From the NCBI GenBank assembly GCA_900128395.1, contig LT649237.1, forward strand, positions 1-64,000: a stretch of 64,000 bases of DNA, written 5' to 3'. Source of the DNA: Stramenopiles sp. TOSAG23-2 (Eukaryota). Below the pieces are notes generated by a model. The model saw nothing but the letters and a program-made list of their open reading frames with translations. It had not been told where the DNA came from and did not search any database. Below, piece after piece: positions 54,636 through 64,000 of this stretch. Every line of letters starts with the position of its first letter. The stretch's first letter is position 1. The position numbers and the translations under genes were made by a program.

Positions 54636-57581
54636 TCAACCTCTATTGAAAATTTTTCCAAGTGTTGTACCTTGTTTATTGGCCATTTTTCTAATAATAG
54701 GATCCATATTCTTCAATTTATCGTAGAATCTATTTTTTCCATGTTGTATTAATGTCTGATTTGCTTCTTTTTCAACTTTTAAGTTTGCTGCTACTGACTT
54801 TATTTTTTCAACCCATTGATCCCTATTGCTTTTGTCAGTGCATTGAAAAATGGCTGATTCTTCTTTTAAAAACAGCTTATCAACCAGTAAATCCCCAAAT
54901 TTGAACTCAATTTTAAGTTCATTGTCAAGTAAATTATTATCTTGCTCTTTCGTTTTCACCCTTGTATCATGTTCCACTTGGAAAATATGCTGTGGAGAAC
55001 CTTGCCCAGTTTCGCCTCTTCCTGAATTATATATGCAAATTGCACCATGGACAAAGATGACAAACTTATTTTTTAATGGAGTTGTTCCTCCTAATACAAG
55101 TTTCTTGATTTTACCCCGTATTGAATTTTTCTTACTATATATAATATTGTCTTCAACCGTATCTTCCTCATTTAAGAATAGGGAATAATGCAATGCGTGG
55201 TATATTTTCAAACATTCTTCCTGTGTCTCAAATTCTAAATTTACAGTCTTCGCGCTGCTTTCAAAGAAACCAACCAATGACATACATTGTTGTGGGTGTC
55301 GCGTCCAATGCATCATCGGATCCAAATCTGTGCCATGTCCAATTTTTGTAACTTCGCCTAAAATGGTACCTTTGTCCATGTGGTGTTCTTTAGCCTCTTC
55401 GCCAATGACTTCTTTATCGCTGAAAAACATTATCCCTTTAGACTCGTTTACGAAGAAAAATTTCTTTTTGGTTTTCGCACCTTTGTTCCGTTTGTGTTTG
55501 TATGCCCAAAACCCTTCTTTCAAGATTTTAATAGCTTCTGCAAGGTTTTCTTCTGCATTATTTTTTGCCTCACTCTTTTTTCTATATTCAACCTCAGTTT
55601 TCCGTTTTTTGATACTTCTTCTATCCATTTCTCTTTTAGAATTCTCCTTTTTCTCCTTTTTCTTTGTCTCATTTTGCGAGTTAACAACTACATCTTTTGT
55701 AATTAGTGGAAATACATATTGCTCCTCTCTGCCAGATAATTTTTCCTTTATCTTCTTTTCCGCTAGTTCTTTATAAGACAAATCGATGTCATCAAGAATT
55801 TTATTCGGGTCAAAACTTTCGTCCGCAATTTCTGTTTGGTTGTCATTCAAAGATGTTTCTATGAAGTCTAAGGTTATATTGTGCAGTCCATTTGTCTGCT
55901 CATCTTTAACTATTTCTAAATTTTGCTTAATTTCTTTTACCATAAGTAGCAATGGATTTTGGCACAAGTAAAATGACAATGCACGAAAGGCTATTTCTCG
56001 TTGTTCTTTTGCAATAAACCCTGTTTTTATTTGTTTCTCACCACCTTTTACTTTTATTTCTAACATATATAATCTATATGAATCACTATTTGACTTGCCA
56101 AATTTAACCCTTTTAGGTTTCCGCCCTAAACCAATATTCTGTCCTTTTAATAAACTGAATCCATACGAAATTCTTGATGTGTCTATGTCTATATTACCAC
56201 GATGGGTATCATCAACAACTAGTTTCCATGTATTATTCGATGCATTTTCATCTTCGCCAATATTGACAAATATCCTACGTATTTCTGGTAATCGCTCGTA
56301 TTTAGCATCTAAATTGTAACCAATAATACCATTTCTTAATAACGTATTTATACCGTCGCGTTGCTTATTATTTTCCATCATTCCTAGCCGAATTCCCTCA
56401 TCGTCAGCTAATTTCTCATTTTCATAACTAATGCATGGAACTAGGTCATCTTGCACATTCCAATTCCTACTTTCGGAATCTAAAACGCCTTTAATTTTTT
56501 GAATAGATGCTGCATAGATTTTTTCATATTTCTGTTGATTTTGAATGATAAATTCATGTATCTTTACTGTATTCATACTTTTAGGGAATGAATCTGCACT
56601 TGTACATAATAATATCTTTACAGGGTTGTCATCACCATCACTTGTCTTTATTCCTTTATCAACTGGCCATTCGATCCAATTTTCGGAATCATCATCTTTT
56701 TTATAGTAAAGATTCATATTAGACAATCCTACAAATTTATTTTTTAAGCCTAATTCATCTAAAATTTCTTGTTTCAAGGCATTAGCAGATAATGTTATAT
56801 TTAATGCCATGGCATAATAATCATCGTTACTTTTATCATCGTCTTTGTCATTTGGATCAAAATTTATATGATCCCATTTAATCTCTACAAGTGCTTTGCT
56901 TTGCACATTGAAGACGCCAGCACTTTCCCAAGTAAACCATTTTTTCTCAAAATCTAACAATAATGATGAAGGAAACCAATAAGAATTACCAGATAATCCA
57001 CCAAAGAAACGACTACCCCATGTGAAATCAACATTGGATCTTGAACTAGTAGTAAAATCACGCCACGTAACGCCAACTAATAGAGTTTCTGATTTTGGCC
57101 AAGTTGTTACTTTCTTGTTTTCGTAAAAATTGTCGCACTGGCCAATTTCTGTTTTAAAATATTCTATGACAACGTTACTGGGTTTTCTTACGTGGCTGGA
57201 AATGGCAAAACATACTGTATTTGGTTTGAACGTAGGTCCGTTCGTTGATCCTTTAGTATTCATCACCTCGTTCAAAGACTCCCATTCTTCTGGTGTTGGT
57301 TTTGCTCTAACAGATAATTGTTCACTTCTGCGTTCCGGTGGACAGTCACGTGAAATACATATTTTCAACCGCTGATTGCCTTTACCTAAATAAAAATTAT
57401 TTAAAAGGAACAAGCAGTCTGCTACACCAGGTAATGCTTTTCCAGTTGTATGATGAAACAACGCATTCCATTCAAATATAACCAGTTTATACTTCTGCAA
57501 GTTTGCATATGCTTCAGTTGGTGCCCAATAGCCATAATCTTGTAGATTCTCTTGAACAACTTGATTAGTCACTACTGGCAT
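54636..57581 (-). CDS. Multidomain protein: degenerate HAD-like N-terminus plus 2-3 PH domains
   Basis: N-terminus LVIFEWNALF..ALPGVAD..RKPS..LLVGV..RD. PH-like segments LKEGFWAYKH..KKKFFFV..NLEFETQEE and IRGKIKKL..KNKFVIF..IFQCTDKSNRDQWVEKI. Confidence 0.75.
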   Translation of the reverse strand: MPVVTNQVVQENLQDYGYWAPTEAYANLQKYKLVIFEWNALFHHTTGKALPGVADCLFLLNNFYLGKGNQRLKICISRDCPPERRSEQLSVRAKPTPEEWESLNEVMNTKGSTNGPTFKPNTVCFAISSHVRKPSNVVIEYFKTEIGQCDNFYENKKVTTWPKSETLLVGVTWRDFTTSSRSNVDFTWGSRFFGGLSGNSYWFPSSLLLDFEKKWFTWESAGVFNVQSKALVEIKWDHINFDPNDKDDDKSNDDYYAMALNITLSANALKQEILDELGLKNKFVGLSNMNLYYKKDDDSENWIEWPVDKGIKTSDGDDNPVKILLCTSADSFPKSMNTVKIHEFIIQNQQKYEKIYAASIQKIKGVLDSESRNWNVQDDLVPCISYENEKLADDEGIRLGMMENNKQRDGINTLLRNGIIGYNLDAKYERLPEIRRIFVNIGEDENASNNTWKLVVDDTHRGNIDIDTSRISYGFSLLKGQNIGLGRKPKRVKFGKSNSDSYRLYMLEIKVKGGEKQIKTGFIAKEQREIAFRALSFYLCQNPLLLMVKEIKQNLEIVKDEQTNGLHNITLDFIETSLNDNQTEIADESFDPNKILDDIDLSYKELAEKKIKEKLSGREEQYVFPLITKDVVVNSQNETKKKEKKENSKREMDRRSIKKRKTEVEYRKKSEAKNNAEENLAEAIKILKEGFWAYKHKRNKGAKTKKKFFFVNESKGIMFFSDKEVIGEEAKEHHMDKGTILGEVTKIGHGTDLDPMMHWTRHPQQCMSLVGFFESSAKTVNLEFETQEECLKIYHALHYSLFLNEEDTVEDNIIYSKKNSIRGKIKKLVLGGTTPLKNKFVIFVHGAICIYNSGRGETGQGSPQHIFQVEHDTRVKTKEQDNNLLDNELKIEFKFGDLLVDKLFLKEESAIFQCTDKSNRDQWVEKIKSVAANLKVEKEANQTLIQHGKNRFYDKLKNMDPIIRKMANKQGTTLGKIFNRG

Positions 57582-58268
57582 TTTGCTGATATATATTATA
57601 TATATTTAAAGAATATAATATATATATATATATATAGTGTAAATTAGGAAGAAATGTTTTTTTCAAAGAAGGAAATAGATCATATAGCCTTTATTAACTG
57701 TTTACAAACTTTGTAAAGTCTTCATAATGATACTATTAGTAATTGATATATGATAAATACCAACATAAACTCCAACTACTTTTTACTATTAATATTAGTA
57801 CAGGTATAATTAGAATAATACTTTAACTTGACATATAATATTAATAGCAAAACCAGAAAACACAACTCACTATTACTATACTTACTATTAATATTAATAT
57901 TAATAATGTACTCACTATCACTAAACAACACCAAATTTTTAAGTTGCTCTTCTTTTTTTTCACTCCTCCTCTTACTCTGCTGCTGCTCTGTGCTGCTGCT
58001 CTGCTCAGAGAGAGACATTTTAATTTGACCAGAGAGAAGTGTGATAGGAAAATAGATTGAAGACAAGCTAAAGCAGCAAGTACAAACATTTTTTTGTTGA
58101 GCATAATAAATGCATTATTATTAGCATAAATTAAAGCATTATTATTAATAATAAGAAAAAGATACATCATCTACGAGTCGTAAGTGACAAATATATATAT
58201 ATATATATATATATAGACATATACATGTAAATATTTTCAATCAACAATACAAGATCAATATAAAAATC

Positions 58269-59282
58269 ATGGCAAGCATTGTATATAATGATCGTCCGAA
58301 AGTGACCAAGAAGAATAATAATAATGTACAACAAATAAAAACGGTTTTACGTGGTTATGCCAATGAAATATTACCTAATTTATATCTAGGTTCCAAAGAG
58401 TCTTGTAATAATTTGGAAATGCTAGGTGAACTAAATAAACTTAATATAAAAGCTATTGTAAATTGTACTAAAAGTAAAGGAGTATTTGAAAAAAACAATA
58501 ACATTACATATTGCAATATACGAATAAATGATGAATCTGGTGCTGATATTGGTACATACTTCCCTGATTCGACAGAATTTATACATACAATAATTATGAA
58601 TGGTGGCTCCGTTTTAGCTCATTGTCAACAAGGTATTTCACGTTCTTCAACCATTATTATTGCTTATCTCATGAGATATCATAAAATGAAGCGAGATGAA
58701 GCATATTTAAAGGTCAAGATATTAAGGCCGGTAATTGATCCTAATATTGGTTTTTATCAACAACTTGCTGTTTTTGAATATTTTCTTTTTTCAGATGAAC
58801 AAGATGAGACCTTATCTTCCTTCGTAAAAAAAAGTATTGATAATAATAATATTATGGAAGAACAAGAAGAAGAAGACATCGTTGATTTGAAAAAATGGCC
58901 ACGTATGTCATCTGCAAAATTTGGTATGCTTCAATCTTCCATTAAAGATTTTAATCATTTTTTTCAAGATATTTTTAAATTATTACCAAAAAATAATGAT
59001 AAAAATGAAAATATTAATAATGTTGACGAAATGATAAACAAAATTTTTGATGCGGCATTAGATTATATTTTTGGAAGAGGATTCGACACGACTGATTTAT
59101 TATGGTTAAAATATCTTTTTGAAACATTATGCAATTATAATAATGATTATTATAAGAAAATTGTAAGGAATGTAGTGAAAGGACAATTATCTGAAGGTTC
59201 TACTTTATTAATAAATTGGGAAGGTGAATATCGCCCACGACATATGAAAGCATTGTTTGATATTTTATCATTACATGAATAG
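58269..59282 (+). CDS. Dual-specificity protein phosphatase
   Basis: EILPNLYLGS, the general-acid D in INDE, the catalytic loop VLAHCQQGISRS, AYLM, and RPVIDPNIGFYQQL. Confidence 0.95.
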   Translation: MASIVYNDRPKVTKKNNNNVQQIKTVLRGYANEILPNLYLGSKESCNNLEMLGELNKLNIKAIVNCTKSKGVFEKNNNITYCNIRINDESGADIGTYFPDSTEFIHTIIMNGGSVLAHCQQGISRSSTIIIAYLMRYHKMKRDEAYLKVKILRPVIDPNIGFYQQLAVFEYFLFSDEQDETLSSFVKKSIDNNNIMEEQEEEDIVDLKKWPRMSSAKFGMLQSSIKDFNHFFQDIFKLLPKNNDKNENINNVDEMINKIFDAALDYIFGRGFDTTDLLWLKYLFETLCNYNNDYYKKIVRNVVKGQLSEGSTLLINWEGEYRPRHMKALFDILSLHE

Positions 59283-59531
59283 TGTGGATGTAAAAATGTA
59301 AAAAATATACGAGTACCATATCTGATGAAGAGAGAGAGAGGTCATATCCTCGTATATATATGTGTCATTGTCGTACGATTAAATATGAAATATAAAAACA
59401 ACAGTGAAGGGATATATACGAAATTTTACATCTTGTCACAATGTTTTTATTTTTTACAAAAAATTTAAAAGCATTTTCACCGCCGTATAAAATTTTTATA
59501 TGTAATCAAAATTCTCTCCTCTCTCTCTCTC

Positions 59532-62500
59532 TCACATCAAATGTACACCTTTTCGTTTCCTACGCCTTAATCCATTTACAGCATGTATAGATGCTCTCAT
59601 TCTCCCCCATTGCCCGCTTACGCTTAAGCTAGCGCTAGTTTCACGTCCTAAATTATCTCCACTAACACTTCTTCGCAAATTGTCTTCACTTTGATTAAAA
59701 CTATTGGTAAATGCATCATCTTCTTCATCCAATGTTTCCATTACAGAAATCAATCTTTCTTCTTCATCAATATTTTCTTTATAACCCTTGGTTACAGAAG
59801 CTGTATCACCGACACGTAAAAGATAAAGCTCATTTTCTAATCGGTCCGATACGGATAAACATAAAGCTTGGCAAATACTTCGATGGCGCTTTGTTAAACT
59901 CAATAACGATCTGGCAGAAAATTCTAAAACAGTTACTTTTCCATTTGGGCTATTTTTAGTAGCATATAAAGAATTCAAACGAGTTGCTTGTGGCAACAAT
60001 GCTATTTCTCCATATAATTGTCGTTGTGCATTTCGATTATCATTTGAATGATAAGATGTATTGGCATTAAATGATATACATGCATCTTCTGCAATAAATA
60101 ATGTCTCTGCACTATCACCTTCATGAAAGATGATATCACCAGGGGCATACACACGCTCAACAGCAATAAATGCCAATGCTTCAATATATTTGTGATCTAA
60201 AGTTGCAAATATGCGCGAACGTGACAATTTAATGCATTTCTGTAAATTCGAACTGTTATTTATATAGCTATTTTTACCAGAAAATCCATTGGAACCCTCT
60301 TGTGTCTTTGCATTCATTACATGCCGCTTTAAAATTCCATGCAAAGCACTATCTTCTTCAGCTACAGATTGTGCTTTTTTATTTGTACCATTCACCCTAC
60401 TGTTACGCAATAATGTACAATCGCGCATATTTATCAACAATGTTCTTAATATACCATTTAAAACTCTTGAATTCACCTTCAAAAGCTGCTGTAAAGATAT
60501 ATGTGTAATCTTAATAACTAATGAATCTTCCATTGCTTCAGCTGATACTTTTGACGCAGCTGCCATTCTCTCAAATTGACTTATATTTAAATTCGTCGGT
60601 GTTGCAGTTGGAGATGTATAATTTGAAAAAAAAGCTCTAAGTGGTGGGTCACCAATTGAATGACCCTCCTCTGCAATAATTGAATCATCCCCTTCTTTGA
60701 TAGAAAATTTTCCACTTACTACAATACATAAAACTTCCTCCTCAATCAAAATGTCGCCTTTTTTGACAAATTTGAACGTGACAACATTTGAGACATCTTT
60801 CAACTCGCGTAATCTTAATCCCTCAAACAATTCAGAATTTTCTAACGTTTGCACCTTTGCTAGCATTTCATCGTCATCGTCCTGGCTATTGATCTCATTT
60901 GCATTGCCCTTATTACACAATCGCAATGAAATTCGATTGATGCTTTCTTGTAACTTTCCTTGTAATTTGTTCTCCAAAATAGTTTCTGATTCTAGTAATT
61001 TTAATAAGATTGCCTTAACTTTGTCTTTTAAAGTGCCTTGCAATAAATTTTCCAACACTTCAAATGTCGCTACTCGGACTTGTTCATTCTGTGAACTAGC
61101 TGCTTCTAATAATAAATCGATGCTTAAACCCATTGGAAAATGACTAACAGCAACAATTTGCAATAAAAAATGTACTTCATCTCTTGTAAGTATATTACTA
61201 TCTAACATCTTTGTTGAAAATGGATTATTTTCCCCAGAGACCATTGTAAAAAATTCAGAAAGATTTTTATCAACATGTTTTAATGTTTTATTGATCAAAT
61301 CACTTAAATCTTTTTGTAAATGTTTCTTCAATTCTACATTTACATGATCGTGCAATAGCTCTGCAAACGTTTTCGATACGGCGCCCATGTGCAATAATTC
61401 CTCTAATGCATTTAAAACCAATTGCGTAATTTTCAACGTTGCTTTCACATCGTTCAATTCGTATATATATCCAAGATAACGTGAAATTCCAATGAAAAAA
61501 TTTTCACTTTTAAAATGTTTTTTCTTCGTATCTTTCTGTTCTAATCGTTTTTGTAAAGTTTCTAGCTCTTTCTTCAAAATTTTTTCAATCACTTCAATTG
61601 TGTCTTTAACATCAAAATGCAGCAATGCTTCGCAAACGAGATCCACAACAACGGAGACCGCTAATTTTTTAACCAGAGATGGTATTAATATTTTTGAGCG
61701 TCTTCCATTACAATTTTTTAATGCTGCTGTAAGTAGATGAACATTGTTTCGAGTATTTTCACTATTCAAAATAAAGATCAAGTACCCATCGGATATCATT
61801 TCACTTAAATGCATTCCAATCAAAGACAACGCTGCAACTTGACTCTTTTCATCACTTGCCCTATTGTGTAACATGCTGTATAAAAATATGTGCGATGATT
61901 CGTGTATCCAATCAGTCAATTTTAAAAGGCAAATAGCAGCTGATACTCTTAATGTCCTTGGATTACTTGGATATTTCACGAATCGTTCTAGTGCCCTTAT
62001 TAATGCTGTACTGCTTGCTGCATTTAATTTTTCATTATCTCCGCATATATGTATAGCTGCAATTCGCATTTCACGTGCCAAAGCGGTATCGCATATAATC
62101 ATCAGTAAATCATCTACCGTTAAAAGACCTGCACGACCAGCAACTTCTAATGCTTTTAAACGAATAGCTGTATCTGGAATGTCGGAAGTATTACCATTAC
62201 TTCGCCCATTACTACTATTAGTCCAAACGGGTCTTCCTCTTCCACCACCATTATCTAGATTATTTTTTTTTATCGATGATGATGATGGTGATGAGAAATT
62301 TGTATCAACAGAAAGCATTGGCAATCCATCATCAAACGATGTATTTAATGCATCGCTAGAGCCAACTGAACCAGCGATTTTCTGTCTAGAGCGTCTTTTA
62401 ATACTTTTCTTAGTACTACTCATACGAGGTGACATGGATGTTGAATTTCTACGATTTTTATTTGGTGTGCTGGTCGCTCGTGCTGGTGATTGCAGTCGTA

Positions 62501-64000
62501 TTAATGGAATATCATGTGGAGCATCATCATCTGTTTTACTTTTATTCAAATTACTTCCGCTACTACTACTACTACCTGCAATAGTACTCATACGTTTTTG
62601 GCTATTTTTATATTGCAAATTTTTTTTCTCTCGAACATGATTTAATTCTGTCCATATTAATGCTCTTAATTCTCTACTAAAATCTACTACAACATTTGGT
62701 GGTAAACTATCTAATATAAATATACGTTGGCTTATTTTACCATTCAATAACGTTTCTTTAATAATACGTTTTGAAACAGGATCGGCCATATTTAAATGAT
62801 GAACATCAGCCCTAATATTATCCGTTGTTGAACTTATTGTTCCATCTAACGTACCAATCATATTATAAAATTCTTTTGCATATGCAACTCTGGCTCTTAT
62901 TACTTCCACTAAAAAGCCGATTGCAAGTATGACAATACAAATTCCAATGATTTTTGCATCGCTATTATTACTACTGTGTTGTTGTTCTTCACTATCCATC
63001 AAAACTGGATTATTCTTTGCAATTTCTGATTGGTATTTTTGTATATATTTTAAAAACATCGATAAAAATGCAGCGCCAGCTCGTGCTACGGAGCGAAAGG
63101 ATCCAGTAATAATTGGTTTTGCCTTAAGACGGTCTTCAATGGATAATGGTAACCATAATAATTCTCTAGATGTACCAAAAATGGTATATGTAACAGCATT
63201 GTAAATAGCGCGTGTGGAAACTAACATGAATATACTTGGTGTGGCAGCTGTGAAAAAACCAAATAATATCATAGAAATCGGCATAAATGCAAGACCATAT
63301 AATACACCAAACTGTCTATTGATGTATGATGTCGATGCTTGTAATGGAATCATCAGTAAACTTTGAAAGCCATTGATAGATCCAAGTTTGTTTTTCATTT
63401 CCGCTTCCGGTAACTTGGACAATATAGCCAACATTTGTATATCGCAAAGCACACGACCTATCGTTGCAGCTACTTCAAATACGCACATGTGTATATAATA
63501 TGGTTTACTTAATATTATTTTCATTGCTGATGCATTTTTTTTGTTGGAGGAATTTTGTTCCGCATTGCTATCATTGCTACTATTGTTATTATTGGAATTG
63601 TTTGGAGTATTCTTGTTTTTTTTTGATCCAACAGGTGATGGTGATATAAGATAACCAATAGTAAGAAACATTGCAAAGCCAGATAATATTATCAAATTTT
63701 GAATTGTTGTTATTTTCCACTCGTTCAACTTTTTAATAAATCCAAAACCAATAAATAAAGATGCAAATGTTGATCCATAATTAATAGAGTTGACCGACAT
63801 TTTCTTATCGGATAATAAAAAACTACTAGATACAGATTCCCAAAATATTTGTAACATGATACCGACAATAATATCTGAACAAACATAAAATGCTCCTGCT
63901 ATGTATTTCGCATATTCTTGAGAGTTATTATTTTTACTATTATGACTAGTTGTTGAATTATCATCTTCATGCAACGAACTAATAATACTATAAAATAAAA
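59532..64000 (-). CDS. NTT/TLC-like MFS transporter fused to HEAT-like repeats and two cyclic-nucleotide-binding domains; 5' end beyond the window
   Basis: The frame is open to base 64000. The TM region has TRAIYNAVTYTIFGTSRELLWLPLS..RLKAKPII (NTT-like), followed by helical HEAT-like repeats. The cNMP domains are LENSELFEGL..VKKGDILI and SRIFATL..YAPGDIIFHEGDSAETLF..YGEIALL...R. Confidence 0.8.
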   Translation of the reverse strand, partial: LFYSIISSLHEDDNSTTSHNSKNNNSQEYAKYIAGAFYVCSDIIVGIMLQIFWESVSSSFLLSDKKMSVNSINYGSTFASLFIGFGFIKKLNEWKITTIQNLIILSGFAMFLTIGYLISPSPVGSKKNKNTPNNSNNNNSSNDSNAEQNSSNKKNASAMKIILSKPYYIHMCVFEVAATIGRVLCDIQMLAILSKLPEAEMKNKLGSINGFQSLLMIPLQASTSYINRQFGVLYGLAFMPISMILFGFFTAATPSIFMLVSTRAIYNAVTYTIFGTSRELLWLPLSIEDRLKAKPIITGSFRSVARAGAAFLSMFLKYIQKYQSEIAKNNPVLMDSEEQQHSSNNSDAKIIGICIVILAIGFLVEVIRARVAYAKEFYNMIGTLDGTISSTTDNIRADVHHLNMADPVSKRIIKETLLNGKISQRIFILDSLPPNVVVDFSRELRALIWTELNHVREKKNLQYKNSQKRMSTIAGSSSSSGSNLNKSKTDDDAPHDIPLIRLQSPARATSTPNKNRRNSTSMSPRMSSTKKSIKRRSRQKIAGSVGSSDALNTSFDDGLPMLSVDTNFSSPSSSSIKKNNLDNGGGRGRPVWTNSSNGRSNGNTSDIPDTAIRLKALEVAGRAGLLTVDDLLMIICDTALAREMRIAAIHICGDNEKLNAASSTALIRALERFVKYPSNPRTLRVSAAICLLKLTDWIHESSHIFLYSMLHNRASDEKSQVAALSLIGMHLSEMISDGYLIFILNSENTRNNVHLLTAALKNCNGRRSKILIPSLVKKLAVSVVVDLVCEALLHFDVKDTIEVIEKILKKELETLQKRLEQKDTKKKHFKSENFFIGISRYLGYIYELNDVKATLKITQLVLNALEELLHMGAVSKTFAELLHDHVNVELKKHLQKDLSDLINKTLKHVDKNLSEFFTMVSGENNPFSTKMLDSNILTRDEVHFLLQIVAVSHFPMGLSIDLLLEAASSQNEQVRVATFEVLENLLQGTLKDKVKAILLKLLESETILENKLQGKLQESINRISLRLCNKGNANEINSQDDDDEMLAKVQTLENSELFEGLRLRELKDVSNVVTFKFVKKGDILIEEEVLCIVVSGKFSIKEGDDSIIAEEGHSIGDPPLRAFFSNYTSPTATPTNLNISQFERMAAASKVSAEAMEDSLVIKITHISLQQLLKVNSRVLNGILRTLLINMRDCTLLRNSRVNGTNKKAQSVAEEDSALHGILKRHVMNAKTQEGSNGFSGKNSYINNSSNLQKCIKLSRSRIFATLDHKYIEALAFIAVERVYAPGDIIFHEGDSAETLFIAEDACISFNANTSYHSNDNRNAQRQLYGEIALLPQATRLNSLYATKNSPNGKVTVLEFSARSLLSLTKRHRSICQALCLSVSDRLENELYLLRVGDTASVTKGYKENIDEEERLISVMETLDEEDDAFTNSFNQSEDNLRRSVSGDNLGRETSASLSVSGQWGRMRASIHAVNGLRRRKRKGVHLM

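Overview
AT-rich eukaryotic nuclear DNA, gene-dense and almost intron-free. It most likely comes from a flagellated protist (stramenopile-like is my inference; the flagellum is implied by an intact 5023-aa single-exon HYDIN). About 18 protein genes are supported: a Sel1/MYND/ankyrin gene split by a frameshift, eIF3c (the only clear spliceosomal intron, 467 bp), a choline transporter-like protein, two tandem paralogous membrane/EF-hand proteins, a secreted Sushi-domain protein, DPY30, a PDI-like protein, a CCDC6-like mini protein, alanyl-tRNA synthetase, an IQ/EF-hand protein, HYDIN, a pseudo-HAD/PH protein, a dual-specificity phosphatase, a 5'-truncated NTT-like/HEAT/cNMP transporter and three hypothetical genes. 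The main discovery is that two ORFs the track reports separately (8424-8876 and 9021-9686) are one gene. An in-frame TGA sits in a W-U-P-P-C redox motif, and a canonical type II SECIS element lies in the 3' UTR. The product is a predicted 412-aa glutaredoxin + AhpC/TSA-like fusion selenoprotein ending in the peroxisomal signal SKL. The window also holds two MITE-like families, a 123-bp tandem duplication over a start codon, a structured intron, and motif biases that differ between promoter-side and terminator-side intergenic DNA. All family calls come from motif recognition by eye; no searches were run.
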